A stretch of DNA of 64,000 nucleotides from Planktothrix sp. GU0601_MAG3. GTDB taxonomy: Bacteria; Cyanobacteriota; Cyanobacteriia; Cyanobacteriales; Microcoleaceae. Under the pieces are notes generated by a model. That model worked only from the letters and a program-made list of their open reading frames with translations, had not been told where the DNA came from and did not search any database. The stretch is taken from positions 1,536,001 to 1,600,000 of the forward strand of contig CP136572.1 in the NCBI GenBank assembly GCA_035193785.1, written 5' to 3'. Made by a program: the position numbers and the translations under genes. Below are positions 10,034-21,797 of this stretch, piece by piece (position 1 is the stretch's first letter; each line of letters begins with the position of its first letter).

Positions 10034-10861
10034 CTATAAGATTTTTTCCAACCCGTAAACTAAGGTTTTCAAGGTTAAGACTTTGCGAATTGCCAGTAGA
10101 ACTCCGGGCATATAACAGGAGCGATCGCTAGTATCATGGCGTAGGGTATAAATCTGACCCGCCGCGCCAAAAATTACCTCTTGATGGGCAATTAATCCGG
10201 GTAAACGGATACTATGAATTCTAATTCCCTCTCCGGCTTCGGCGCCTCTAGCCCCGGTGATTTTTTCAGTTTCTGTTACTAGGGGAGAATTATAGGTTTT
10301 CCCTAATTCTGCTAATAATTGTGCCGTTTGAATGGCTGTACCACTGGGAGCATCGGCTTTTTGATTATGATGTAATTCGATAATTTCAACATGATCAAAA
10401 TAGCGAGAAGCGGCAATAGCGGCCTGTTGTAATAACACTATGCCAATGGAAAAATTAGGAATCAGCAAACAGCCCATACTGGCTTTATCGGCAAATTCCG
10501 CTAAGTCTTGAATTTGGGCTGGACTTAACCCCGTAGTTCCCACAACTGGACGCACCCCGTAGGCGATCGCTGCCCGAATATTGTCGTAAACTGAATCAGG
10601 ATGGGTAAAATCTACCATGACCGCCGGCTGTTTTTCCTGGGCTGCCATGGCTAACATTCCTTCTCGGTCATTAGTAATCGGAACTTCCAAGGGTTCAATT
10701 CCGACTAGGGTTCCCGCATCCTGTTCTTGATAGGCGGGGCTGTGATCAATCGCCCCTAACAAGGTCATATCGGGGGAGGCGGCGACCGCTTTAATCACTT
10801 CGCGACCCATTTTTCCGCCAGCGCCATTAACAATTACAGGAATAGGTAGGGAATTAGTCAT
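10034..10861 (-). CDS. dapB: 4-hydroxy-tetrahydrodipicolinate reductase
   Basis: [35 protein letters not shown]. Confidence 0.96.
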   Translation of the reverse strand: MTNSLPIPVIVNGAGGKMGREVIKAVAASPDMTLLGAIDHSPAYQEQDAGTLVGIEPLEVPITNDREGMLAMAAQEKQPAVMVDFTHPDSVYDNIRAAIAYGVRPVVGTTGLSPAQIQDLAEFADKASMGCLLIPNFSIGIVLLQQAAIAASRYFDHVEIIELHHNQKADAPSGTAIQTAQLLAELGKTYNSPLVTETEKITGARGAEAGEGIRIHSIRLPGLIAHQEVIFGAAGQIYTLRHDTSDRSCYMPGVLLAIRKVLTLKTLVYGLEKIL

Positions 10862-10979
10862 AATAAATTAAATAGATCTTAGTCAAAACTTCCAGTCACA
10901 GAAAAGATTTTGCGTAAATTATACCAACAAGGGTCATCCACTTAAAAAAATTTCGCTGTTTGTATTTTACCTTAAATTC

Positions 10980-13588
10980 ATGTTTTCTCGAAAGTTGTAT
11001 ATTCTCAAAACCCGGTTATCTTTACCGATGCCCGTAGATCAAGGGAAAATTTCACCCTCCTTAGTCCGGTTATCCCCTAGTTTATTGACCAGTTTAATCG
11101 TTACGTTGCTTGTGGTCGGATGTCAAAAATTAGGCTGGTTAGAAACCGTTAGAATTAAGAATGTTTGATGCGTTGGTCTGTTTGCGGTCTATTCCTAAAC
11201 CTGACCCCAACTTATTAATTGTTGCTATTACCGAAGATGATATTCAATCCCAAAAACAATGGCCTTTGACAGATAAAGTTTTGGCAGAGGTTTTTTCTCA
11301 ACTGCAACAACATCAACCCCGGGTCATTGGGTTAGATTTATATCGAGATTTACCCCAAGAACCGGGGGGTACCCAATTATCAAAGCAGTTAAAAGCAGAT
11401 AATGTGATTGTAATTACTAAAATCGGAAATTCTAAAAATCCCAGTGTGTCACCTCCCCCGGGAATTTCTCCCGAGCAAATTGGATTTAATGATTTGGTAT
11501 TAGACCCGGATGGGGTGGTGCGTCGCCAGTTATTATTTGCCAGTGGTCAAGATAATCAGACAATTTTTGCTTTTTCTTTACAACTAGCATTAGCTTACTT
11601 GAAAGATCAGGGAATTGAACCGAAAAATAATAGCCGTCATCCCCAATACATGGAACTTAAAAATAGGGTGTTTTTCCCGTTAAAATCTGGGGATGGAGGT
11701 TATGCCAATATTGATGACCGAGGATACCAAATTCTTCTGAACTATCGCACGCCAGACATCGCCAGAATTGTCAGCATAGGAGAGGTTTTATCAAATCAGG
11801 TTGACCCAAAATGGATCAAAAATAAAGTAATTTTAATTGGGACAACCGCCCCGAGTATTCCCGATGTTTTTTTAACTCCCTATAGTATTAAAGCTGGGGA
11901 TGATTTTAAAATGCCTGGGGTACTAATTCATGCTCAAATGGTAAGCCAAATTATTGATTCTACCCTAGGTTATCAATCTTCCAATCTATTATCCCAAATT
12001 TTATATTCTTCAGATTTATTTAGGTTTATGCCCCAATCTTTAGAGATATTATGGATAGGAATTTTGGCAATAGCTGGGGGTACATTAATATGGAAAATTT
12101 CCCATCCTCTGAATCAGGGATTATCTTTAATTATCGGAATTGTGAGTTTATTGGGAACGAGCTACGGGCTATTTTTATTAAATATTTGGGTTCCCATTAT
12201 AGCTCCTATATTTTCCTTATTTTTGTCAGGAATGGGGGTAATTGCCTATAAACAAATTCATAATTCTTTGCATGATGCTTTGACCGGATTACCTAACCGT
12301 ATTTTATTCTTAGACCGGGTGGGATGGGCAATTACAAATACAAAAAATGATCAATCTCAATGTGCAGTTTTGTTTTTAAATATTGATCGATTTAAGCGAA
12401 TTAATGATAGCTTAGGATATAAAGCGGGAAATCAATTATTAATTGAGATTGTCCAGAGAATCAAATATTGTTTGAGAAATAAAGATATTATTGCTAGGTT
12501 GGGAGGGGATGAATTTGCAATTTTAATTGAACATTTAAAACCCCCTGAAAATGCCACCTTTGTCGCTAATCGCATTCAAAATACTCTCCTTTCTCCTTTT
12601 AAATTGAATAATCATGATGTTTTTATGACTTTAAGTATTGGGATTTCTTTCAGTGAAACCGCCGAAGGAAAGGCAGATTATTTATTAAGAAATGCCCATA
12701 CTGCGATGTATCGCGCCCGAAGTTTAGGAAAGGGAATGATACAGGTTTTTGAACAGACCATGCACGTTAATGGCATTGGGCAATTAGAATTAGAAACATC
12801 TTTAAGATTAGCCCTAGAACGTCAAGAATTTGTGTTATATTATCAACCTGTTATCGGATTAAATTCCGGTAAAATTTCCGGGTTTGAAGCCTTAATTCGT
12901 TGGCAACATCCCGAGGAAGGATTAGTTACCCCAGAAACGATTTATGGCTACGGCAAAAGAGACGGGATTGATTGTCCCTATGGGAAAATGGGCGATTCAA
13001 GAAGCCTGTAATCAATTAAAAATTTGGCAAGAACAATTTCATTGGCAACCCGAATTAATTTTAGGAGTTAATTTATCCGCTAGACAGTTTTTTCAAGTTG
13101 ATTTAATCGAACAAATTCAAGAGATTATTCACACTTCCGGTATTAACCCCAATGGCTTAAGATTAGAAATTACAGAAAGTGTGATTATGGATGATTTAGA
13201 GGCAACTATTAATCTATTAAAACAATTAAAAGCCTTGGGGTTAAAATTAAGTATTGATGACTTTGGGACGGGGTTTTCTTCTTTAAGTTATTTACCTCGA
13301 TTTCCCATTGATACCCTGAAAATTGATCGGTCTTTTGTGGGAAAAATAGAAGCAGATGAAGCGGGGGAAAATTTAGCCATTGTCCGCACGATTATTCGGT
13401 TAGCTCATGCCTTAAATAAAGAGGTCGTTGCTGAAGGAGTAGAAACAGCCTATCAACTGGCACAATTACGGTCTTTGGGGTGTGAATATGCTCAAGGTTA
13501 TTTCTTTCTTAAACCTGTTCCTCCAGACGTTGTAACGGCCTTTGTAGAGTCTAATCCTCAATGGGATAGCAACTGCCAAAACAGTTAG
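10980..13588 (+). CDS. CHASE2-GGDEF-EAL diguanylate cyclase/phosphodiesterase (two apparent +1 frameshifts at 11142 and 12934)
   Basis: Three ORFs join on removing one A from each GAAAC (WLEPLELRMFD; PERFMATAKETG); motifs PRVIGLDLYRD, DPDGVVRR, LGGDEF, FEALIRW, DDFGTG, EGVET. Confidence 0.9.
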
Positions 13589-13649
13589 GAAGCTGGACGC
13601 GCTCGCTCTATTGCAGTTATCACAACTCGATCATATATTTTTTTGCAAT

Positions 13650-14225
13650 CTAATAATTTAGGTTTCTGATAATATTTTGTATGCCTTGAATAAAAACTGT
13701 AAAACTTTTAGATTTATTATCAGTTAGAGATAGATAAGGAGCAATTTTTTTCGAGTGGGTAGCCGGATAATATTCTGGGACTAAATTTTTGAGTTCCTGT
13801 TTAGCGGAGTTAAGTTGATCAGGGTTACGGTATTTGCGGTTATTTTGATGTTTACTCAAAGTATTAGGCTTGAGATCATAGGCTGTTTCTACCGCCACCA
13901 AATCGCCTAAAAACCAAGATTCTAGCTCATGACAAATAATCCTAATCATTGGTTTATTTTGTCCAGCAGTTTGACAAATTTGCAATAATTCAGCCTTAAG
14001 TTTTTGGCAATCGTGAGAATCTTGGTCATGAACTATGATAAATTGAGTATGGGGGCTAATATTATTGAAAGCTCTAATTTTAATAGGAATAGATTTAGCT
14101 AAGTCTTGTTTACCTTGATGAGCAATACAAATAAAGGATTGCTCAGGTATAATTTTTGGTAAAATTTCTTCTAAAACATTTTTAATTGAAGGTTCTTCTA
14201 ATAAAAAAATTAAGTCATAACTCAT
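13650..14225 (-). CDS. DUF4276-family (TOPRIM-like) protein
   Basis: LIFLLEEPS, HQGKQDL, VHDQDSHDC, ELESWFLGD; start overlaps the stop of the upstream ATPase. Confidence 0.75.
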   Translation of the reverse strand: MSYDLIFLLEEPSIKNVLEEILPKIIPEQSFICIAHQGKQDLAKSIPIKIRAFNNISPHTQFIIVHDQDSHDCQKLKAELLQICQTAGQNKPMIRIICHELESWFLGDLVAVETAYDLKPNTLSKHQNNRKYRNPDQLNSAKQELKNLVPEYYPATHSKKIAPYLSLTDNKSKSFTVFIQGIQNIIRNLNY

Positions 14226-15409
14226 TAAGGTGCAACTCCTTTAAACCAACCTTGATTCCATAAATAGCCGGGTAAATCTCCTTCTTCTACTAATTTTCTG
14301 AGGATTTCGTGATCCGAGGCTTTAGACATTTTAGTGATCCCTTTTTCTTTGATTAGCCAAAATATACTGTCTAAAGGAACCGCATTTAAAAAGTCAGGGG
14401 AATGGGTAGAAACAAAAACTTGTCCTCCTCTATTTGTATAACTCGCAAATTCTTCCGCAAGTTCGGTTAAAAGAGTGGGATATAACTGGTTTTCTGGTTC
14501 TTCAACACAAAGTAAAGGGTGAGGTTTAGGATCAAAAAGCAAAATTAAATAGGCAAACATTTTCATTGTGCCATCAGATACATAACGATCAATGAATGGA
14601 TCTTTAAATGCTTCATCTTGAAATTTTAAAATTAATCGCCCGTCTTCCGTGTCTTTTGCTTCCACTGTAGAAATACCGGGGACTCTTTCTTTTATTCTGG
14701 TTAATATGGTTTGGAAAATATCAGGATATTCTCGATATAAATATTGTGCAACGACCGCAATATTATCCCCTGTGGGAGAAAGATGTTCCGCATAAAGTGC
14801 ATCTTTACTTCCCCTTGCCTCGCTAATATGGAAGTCGGAAATGTGCCAATTTTCGATCAGGGAGCGAAAAGCAGTAGCGGCTTTAAAACGTTGAAATTGT
14901 CCTAATCCTTTAATGGCTAAAATATCATTGGATTCTAGTTGCTGTTCTTCTCTTTTTAATTCTTCATCTGCTTGAATAAAATTTTCTTCATTGGTGATCG
15001 CATAACCCTTACCTTGACTAAAATCAAGAAAGTGATAGGGAGAGCCATATTCACCCCGTTTATAACGCAATATTTCTCTTTTGATCACGGGTTTTTGATT
15101 TTCTTGTCCAATAATCAATACATAAGTAACAAGTCGTTTTTTACCTAAAATATCCATCTGAAATTGTAGCTCTATTTCTATATCTTCTTTTTCTTTGCCT
15201 CTGGTAATAACTTCTCTGTAACCACCTCGAATTTGGAGAGCTTGACGAATGTTATTTTTTAAAGCATCTCGCAAAAAACCAAAAATATCAAACAGAGTTG
15301 ATTTCCCCGTACCATTAGCACCGATTAATACACAAAAAGGAGGAATATTCTCTACTTTCAAATTTTCAAAAACTCGATAGTTTTTAACTCTAATACTGGT
15401 AATTTGCAT
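14225..15409 (-). CDS. ABC/AAA_21-type ATPase
   Basis: Walker A GANGTGKS, signature VSDGT, Walker B LLCVEEPE, H-loop STHS. Confidence 0.88.
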   Translation of the reverse strand: MQITSIRVKNYRVFENLKVENIPPFCVLIGANGTGKSTLFDIFGFLRDALKNNIRQALQIRGGYREVITRGKEKEDIEIELQFQMDILGKKRLVTYVLIIGQENQKPVIKREILRYKRGEYGSPYHFLDFSQGKGYAITNEENFIQADEELKREEQQLESNDILAIKGLGQFQRFKAATAFRSLIENWHISDFHISEARGSKDALYAEHLSPTGDNIAVVAQYLYREYPDIFQTILTRIKERVPGISTVEAKDTEDGRLILKFQDEAFKDPFIDRYVSDGTMKMFAYLILLFDPKPHPLLCVEEPENQLYPTLLTELAEEFASYTNRGGQVFVSTHSPDFLNAVPLDSIFWLIKEKGITKMSKASDHEILRKLVEEGDLPGYLWNQGWFKGVAP

Positions 15410-15706
15410 AATTGTATCTCACAAGTAAATTAACTAATAAGGAGATGTTTTTTAACCCAGGATTTTGACTCTAATCAAGTATCTAATAACCCTCTGATGT
15501 TAATTGGTATCGTCATAAAAAACACATTCTAATAGGCCAGGAAGCAATCTATCAAGATGTTGAGATTGCTTTTGGGAATGATCATAACTACGAACTAGAT
15601 TTGTCGCTGCTTTACCCCCCTTCGCAATGACATTCAAAAGATCATCATTTTTCCTTAAAGTTGACACCAGCGATCTATTATATATTATTCCCCATTCCTC
15701 ATAATT

Positions 15707-16357
15707 ATGAATATTTCCCACGATGCTCGCCAATATGCTCCAGCAACAGAACGAAATCAACAACCGATTTTAGAGGTATTAAAACGGGTACTTCCGGTGC
15801 GTGGGACAGTGCTAGAAATAGCCAGTGGTACGGGACAACACGCGGTATTTTTTGCTCCAGAGTTAAAGCCGAGAAAATGGTTACCATCGGAAGTTAATCC
15901 GCTTTTACAAGCCAGTATTTTAGCTTGGGGAACCTATTTCCCGGCTGATAATTTATTTTCGCCTTTAGAATTAGATGTACAGAAATCGGTTTGGTCAGTG
16001 GAAAATCCTGATTTAAAATTGCCCTTTTGCTTACAGGAATTTCCGATTACTGCTATTGTGAATATTAATATGATTCATATTTCTCCCTGGTCAGCTTGCC
16101 TCAAATTAATGGCGGGTGCAAATCGAATTTTACCCCCAGGAGGAATTTTATATTTATACGGCCCCTATAAGCAAAATGGCAAACACACCGCACCGAGTAA
16201 TCAAGATTTTGATACCTCTTTACGGTTATCTAACCCAGAATGGGGCGTGAGAAATTTAGAAGAAGTTGTGGCAATTGCGGAATTAGAAAATTTCCGGTTA
16301 GTGGAATTAATCCCGATGCCAGCTAATAATTTATCCTTGATTTTTGAGAAAATATAG
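15707..16357 (+). CDS. DUF938 SAM-dependent methyltransferase
   Basis: APATERN, LEIASGTGQH, NMIHISPW, YGPY, MPANN. Confidence 0.9.
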   Translation: MNISHDARQYAPATERNQQPILEVLKRVLPVRGTVLEIASGTGQHAVFFAPELKPRKWLPSEVNPLLQASILAWGTYFPADNLFSPLELDVQKSVWSVENPDLKLPFCLQEFPITAIVNINMIHISPWSACLKLMAGANRILPPGGILYLYGPYKQNGKHTAPSNQDFDTSLRLSNPEWGVRNLEEVVAIAELENFRLVELIPMPANNLSLIFEKI

Positions 16358-16374
16358 AATATAATTAAATTGGA

Positions 16375-17454
16375 TCAAGCGATCGCAGTTTCTATCATTT
16401 CCGGGGGAAAAAAATCTAACCCAATCTCAACTTCAACGGTTTTTGATTGTCTTCCGGGTATGGGATTTGTTGGTTCTTGATGGCGAGATTGAGGAGTTTG
16501 TTGTTCTAATAAATTCTGAATATCCGGGGGGAGAGTCACATCGGGAACACTTTGTTGAGATAACCAAGCGACTCCTCCCATAGAACCTGCTAGAATAGCG
16601 GCATAGCCTAAATATAAATGGACTGAATTAAGATAAAATTCTGAATCAACATCAACCTTAGAACTAGACTTTCCCCAGAGTTGATTAAATTCCAAACAAG
16701 GAAAAGATGATGCCATTTTTCCCCCTTCTAATCCCAAGGCATTCGCCGCCCGATAAATAAACCCCCGAATATAAATATCTTCCGGTAAAGCCTCAAGTTT
16801 TCCCTGTTCTAAAGCCTCTAAATGATGGAGGGGAACTAAAGTAAAATGGTGCATTTGCTGTAAACTTAGGTTGTAGGATTCTCTGGCTTTACGCAGTTCT
16901 ACCCCAATTTCTTGTAAATAAATCTTTTGTTTTTCATGAATTTGATGATTGGTTTCCGCTTGATTTAGAGGTTTGGATTTAGGTTTGGGTTTGGTTTTAG
17001 GAATATTATCTGATTCAGAAATAGTCGAATTTTGTTCTGGAGATTCTACCGTTAAATCTGGCGCTTGATATCCCGCCACAAACCCCAGGGGAGAAACTAC
17101 AATGGTTTGAACTTCCGTAGGAGTAGAAACATCTTGATCATTCGAGGGAATAGCAGTTACAGAAATAGAATTATGAGCAGCAGAAGATATGGTAGAAACA
17201 ATCGCCGTTTCCTGTCTAGCCATTTGTTTTAAAGACAATTGAATCGCCTCTCGTCCCACAGCCTTAATTACAATTTCAGCTTTACTAGCCGCCTGTCCTA
17301 ACATTTTTTGTAGACTTTTGAGAGCAATATTATAAACTTCACTACAATATAATTCCGCTTCAATTTGACGAACAAGAGAACGTAAACTTTCGGGAGACAC
17401 CTCTACTGTTGTCGGTGCTGTCATCCCAAAACCATTGACCGGATTTAGTTCCAT
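16375..17454 (-). CDS. HTH (RodZ-like HTH_25) domain membrane protein
   Basis: IGVELRKARE...LEALEQG..LPEDIYIRGFI followed by a TM helix. Confidence 0.75.
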   Translation of the reverse strand: MELNPVNGFGMTAPTTVEVSPESLRSLVRQIEAELYCSEVYNIALKSLQKMLGQAASKAEIVIKAVGREAIQLSLKQMARQETAIVSTISSAAHNSISVTAIPSNDQDVSTPTEVQTIVVSPLGFVAGYQAPDLTVESPEQNSTISESDNIPKTKPKPKSKPLNQAETNHQIHEKQKIYLQEIGVELRKARESYNLSLQQMHHFTLVPLHHLEALEQGKLEALPEDIYIRGFIYRAANALGLEGGKMASSFPCLEFNQLWGKSSSKVDVDSEFYLNSVHLYLGYAAILAGSMGGVAWLSQQSVPDVTLPPDIQNLLEQQTPQSRHQEPTNPIPGRQSKTVEVEIGLDFFPPEMIETAIA

Positions 17455-17884
17455 AATTTATACCCCGCCTCCATACCAGCTATCTAACTTCCTTTCTTCT
17501 ATGGTTTGGTTGTGATTCCGGATGCGGAGGAAGTACAAAAATCTTTTTTATCAAGATGTTTGAGTATTTTTTAACTGAATATGTAAAAAGAAAAGTTAAC
17601 ACAACTCTCCCAAGTCTGCAACTTTTATTGAAGAAAGATTGACAAATATTTAAAAATCTGGTTTATCGCCTCTTACCAATCACTTCCATAAGGTGCGTCA
17701 GTAACGAGCAGGGACTCTACGAGGTTGAAATCTTTGCCAGTCAAGGTTTTCGGCGTTTTCTGAAAAAACTTCAAGATCAAAATTGCACATTTCTTCGCAT
17801 TATGCTAAGATTATTTTGTTGATTAAATAGAGAAAACAAAAGGAGTCCTTCATATGCCAGCAATTTTTTTAAGAGGTTCTCCTA

Positions 17885-18187
17885 ATGCACATTATTTCAA
17901 AATCCAAACTTAAACCATTTTGGATAAAATACCCTAATGCTGAAACCAGTTTAATAAGTTGGTATAAAATTACTGAAAAAGCCGAGTGGAAAACCACTGC
18001 TGATGTGCGTTTAACATTCAGAACTGTAGATTTTGTGGGTAACTTTACGGTTTTTGATATTGGAGGAAATAACTATCGGTTAATTGCTTATATAGATTAT
18101 GAATATAGGAAAGTCTTTATTCGTAAGATTCTCACTCATGGAGAATATGATCAAGACAAATGGAAACAAGATAAATGGTATCATTAA
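17885..18187 (+). CDS. higB: HigB-family toxin
   Basis: MHIISK, VFDIGGNNYRLI, LTHGEYD. Confidence 0.88.
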   Translation: MHIISKSKLKPFWIKYPNAETSLISWYKITEKAEWKTTADVRLTFRTVDFVGNFTVFDIGGNNYRLIAYIDYEYRKVFIRKILTHGEYDQDKWKQDKWYH

Positions 18188-18303
18188 GCTAAAACTCTCA
18201 TGCAAAAGTATGTTTTGTTGATGTTAAGCACTGATTAGGTAATAGAAACAGGGCAAACTCAGCCCTATTTCTATCAAAATTTCAAGTTTACACTCATTTA
18301 AAA

Positions 18304-18714
18304 ATGTTAGCTTCTAATGATTACATTGAATTACTCACAAGTTTTCCTCCGCGTCCTATAACGTCTGAGGAAGAATTAGAATTGACTCAAAATATGATTG
18401 ATCAATTATTAGATCAGGGGAAACTGAGTCAAGATGAAAAAGACTATTTGAATGTGTTAGGTGCTTTAGTTTATGAATATGAACAACAACAAGAACCCAT
18501 TCCTGATATTTATGGAGTAGAATTGCTCAAGAGTTTAATCGAAGATAATGGATTACGTCAAAAAGACTTAGTTCCAATTTTTAAAACTGAATCCATCGTA
18601 TCCGATGTTTTAAATGGAAAACGAGAACTCACGAAACGGCATATTGAAGAATTAGCTAAATTTTTTCATGTTTCTACTGCTGTTTTCTTCCCTAGAAATT
18701 CAATTAGGAAGTAG
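18304..18714 (+). CDS. higA: HigA-family antitoxin
   Basis: PPRPITSEEE, LVYEYE, HTH GLRQKDL..ESIVSDVLNGKRELT. Confidence 0.88.
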   Translation: MLASNDYIELLTSFPPRPITSEEELELTQNMIDQLLDQGKLSQDEKDYLNVLGALVYEYEQQQEPIPDIYGVELLKSLIEDNGLRQKDLVPIFKTESIVSDVLNGKRELTKRHIEELAKFFHVSTAVFFPRNSIRK

Positions 18715-18762
18715 ATGAAAATTTTAGGTTAAGGAAATTGTCTGAAGGAGGAAAATAAATTC

Positions 18763-18981
18763 GTGCCAAAGAAAATTCGAGAAATAAAAGCTATGCTACT
18801 CAAAGCAGGATTTTTATATCGTTCCGGTAAAGGGAGTCATACTGTATGGAATCATTCTTTATTAGAATATAGTCTAACTATTTCTGGGAAAGATGGCAGT
18901 GATGCAGATCGTTATCAAGAACGAGATGTTAGAAATGCACTTAGAGATTTAAAACAGTTACAACAGGAGGATCAACAATGA
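18763..18981 (+). CDS. hicA: HicA-family toxin
   Basis: GKGSH motif, 72 aa, overlaps hicB start. Confidence 0.88.
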   Translation: MPKKIREIKAMLLKAGFLYRSGKGSHTVWNHSLLEYSLTISGKDGSDADRYQERDVRNALRDLKQLQQEDQQ

Positions 18982-19187
18982 ACTCTCAATATAGTATTTT
19001 AATTCAATGGTCAGACGAAGATCAAAAATATGTGGTGAGTTTACCTGAATTTGGGCCTTATGCTCATACTCATGGGGAAACCTACGAAGAAGCCTTAAAA
19101 AATGGTCAGGAAGTATTAGAACTTTTAATTGAAGATTATCAGGCGAGAGGAAAAGAACTTCCTAAGCCTTTAACAATTCAAGTCTAG
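18978..19187 (+). CDS. hicB: HicB-family antitoxin (short, no DNA-binding domain)
   Basis: IQWSDEDQ..V.LPE..THGETYEEAL..LP.P. Confidence 0.88.
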   Translation: MNSQYSILIQWSDEDQKYVVSLPEFGPYAHTHGETYEEALKNGQEVLELLIEDYQARGKELPKPLTIQV

Positions 19188-19469
19188 TTAATCTTCATAT
19201 TTTTCATATTTCTCCGGCGGTTTTCTTCCCTAGAAACTCGGTTTATTAGTTAGGGATTTTAACCATAAAAATCTTCATCTAAAATTTGTTCAAGTGAAAG
19301 CTTAAGCCAAAGTTGAAAATCTTTTTCATAGAGATGTTTAAGCATTTTTCCAACCCTTTAAAGTTAATTCAAGAACCAATGACAGCAGGCGGTTGACGGA
19401 TGATTGAACCCATTGTCCCCCAAATGTGTAAAAATAAATTACGGTAATATTGGAAATTGAGAGTAAACT

Positions 19470-20562
19470 GTGAGTTCAACTGTCGCACTGCCGAAAGATA
19501 CACAAACAACGGTCAACCTGTCTCGTCGTCCTGTTTTTCCCTTCACCGCAATTGTCGGCCAGGAAGAAATGAAACTGGCTTTAATTTTAAATACTATCGA
19601 TCCTAAAATCGGTGGGGTGATGATTATGGGCGATCGGGGGACAGGAAAATCCACCACTATCCGCGCCCTGGCTGACCTGCTTCCCGAAATTGAAGTGATC
19701 GCCGATGACCCCTTCAATAGCCATCCCACCGATGCGGAATTGATGAGTGATAACGTCCGCGAGCGTCTGAGTCAACATCAGGATATTCCCGTGTCTCGGA
19801 AAAAAGTCCCGATGGTGGATCTGCCTTTGGGGGCCACGGAAGATCGGGTTTGTGGCACAATTGACATTGAAAAAGCCCTATCTGAAGGGGTGAAAGCCTT
19901 TGAACCCGGACTGTTGGCCAAAGCTAACCGGGGAATTTTGTATGTGGATGAGGTTAACCTCCTGGATGATCACTTAGTTGACGTCTTGTTAGACTCGGCG
20001 GCTAGTGGTTGGAATACTGTTGAAAGGGAGGGAATTTCCATCCGTCACCCGGCGCGGTTTGTGTTAGTTGGTTTCGGGAAACCCGGAAGAAGGAGAGTTA
20101 CGTCCGCAATTATTAGATCGGTTTGGAATGCACGCCGAAATTAGAACCGTAAAAGAGCCGAATTTGCGAGTTAAAATTGTTGAAGAAAGAACCTCTTTTG
20201 ATCAAAATCCTCAAACCTTTTTAGAAGACCATATTAATGACCAACACCAATTACAAAATAAACTGGTAGAAGCTCAAAATCTCCTCCCCTCTGTCCAAAT
20301 TGATTATGATTTACGGGTAAAAATTTCCCAGGTTTGTTCGGAATTAGATGTGGATGGTTTACGGGGAGATATTGTTAGTAACCGGGCGGCTAAAGCCTTA
20401 GCAGCTTTTGAAGGACGCACAGAAGTCACCGTCGATGATATTCAACGGGTGATTACCTTATGTTTGCGTCACCGTTTGCGCAAAGATCCTTTGGAAACCA
20501 TTGATTCGGGTTTCAAAGTTCAAAAGGTTTTCCGTCAAGTCTTTGGTTTACCTGATGCCTAG
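19470..20562 (+). CDS. chlI: Magnesium chelatase ATPase subunit I (apparent +1 frameshift at 20071-20075)
   Basis: [29 protein letters not shown]; repaired [21 protein letters not shown]. Confidence 0.96.
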
Positions 20563-20624
20563 TGACAAGTAAAGTCATGTAGCATTAATTGAAGTGGAAA
20601 ATCCCTGATAGCAGCCAAAATCCG

Positions 20625-20734
20625 ATCCCCCTAAATCCCCCTTTTTAAGGGGGACTTTGATCGGAACTTTCCCAACTAGAAAACAGGGATTTTATAACTC
20701 CGGTTCCCCCATTTTTAAGGGGGTTAGGGGGGAT
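20625..20734. repeat. Palindromic MITE/SDR-like intergenic repeat
   Basis: Terminal IR ATCCCCCTAA...TTAGGGGGGAT with internal CCCCCTTTTTAAGGGGG-type hairpins. Confidence 0.7.
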
Positions 20735-20765
20735 TAAACCGGGAGCCACTTATAGCATTTTTCAG

Positions 20766-21293
20766 ATGAAAAAAATAATTTTAGGTTTTGATCCGGGTTT
20801 AGCAATATTAGGATTTGGAGCAATAGAGTGTGAAATTGATGATAAAAACCAGGAACAAAAATCCGTTTCTATGATTGATTTTGGGGTAATTAAAACCCCA
20901 GCTAAAACCGAATTAGGCAAGCGTTTATGTATCATTTATGAGGATTTAAACCAGTTATTAACCCATATAAAACCCGATTTAGCTATTGTGGAAAAACTCT
21001 TTTTTTATCGCATGGCAAATACCATTGCCGTTGCCCAAGCAAAGGGGGTGTTATTATTAGTCTTGGCTCAACACCAGATTCCGTTAATTGAGTTTACTCC
21101 TGGTCAAATTAAAAAGGCTTTGACGGGACATGGTAATGCGGATAAATATCAAGTTCAAGCAGCGGTGGCTCGGGAATTGAATTTAACAGAAATTCCTAAA
21201 CCTGATGATGCGGCGGATGCTTTAGCCATCGCTTTAACAGCTTGGTTTGATCCTGATATAATTTTTCAATGTAGCACTACGCATTACAGTTAG
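20766..21293 (+). CDS. ruvC: Holliday junction resolvase RuvC
   Basis: [38 protein letters not shown]. Confidence 0.95.
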   Translation: MKKIILGFDPGLAILGFGAIECEIDDKNQEQKSVSMIDFGVIKTPAKTELGKRLCIIYEDLNQLLTHIKPDLAIVEKLFFYRMANTIAVAQAKGVLLLVLAQHQIPLIEFTPGQIKKALTGHGNADKYQVQAAVARELNLTEIPKPDDAADALAIALTAWFDPDIIFQCSTTHYS

Positions 21294-21337
21294 GACACTT
21301 CTAAATCCAGTAAACTCATTCCCAATTCCCTTTATTT

Positions 21338-21712
21338 ATGATGATTCTCACGTCTCAGGAAATTGCTCAATTTCGCTCACAATTGGCTGAATATTCCGTT
21401 GCTTTGGAAGCCTTAGATAGAATTGAAGATTGTGAAGGAGATCTCGAAGATGCGGCCATTGAAATGGCAATTCATGTCGGTCAATTACCCGATACTTCCG
21501 AAAATTGGTTAGATGGTTTAGCCAAACGATATCGGGTGAGTTTGTGCAATAAAGACCTGCGAGAAGAATTAATTCAGGGCAATATTGCGGCAATGGTAGA
21601 ATCTCTAATTGCGGAAAATCAATGTCCAGCCCTATTAATTACTCCGGTGGTCATTTATGCGGTGAAATCGGGAATTGAGCAATTTTGTCAACCTTTAGAA
21701 TATAAATTATAG
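21338..21712 (+). CDS. Conserved hypothetical protein
   Basis: 124-aa ORF, IEDCEGDLEDAA motif. Confidence 0.7.
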   Translation: MMILTSQEIAQFRSQLAEYSVALEALDRIEDCEGDLEDAAIEMAIHVGQLPDTSENWLDGLAKRYRVSLCNKDLREELIQGNIAAMVESLIAENQCPALLITPVVIYAVKSGIEQFCQPLEYKL

Positions 21713-21797
21713 GGATTTGGTAACAAAACCAACCGCGTAAACGAAGATTTTACCCTAAAATTAGAAATCAAACACAAACCGAATTTAGGAGTAATTT

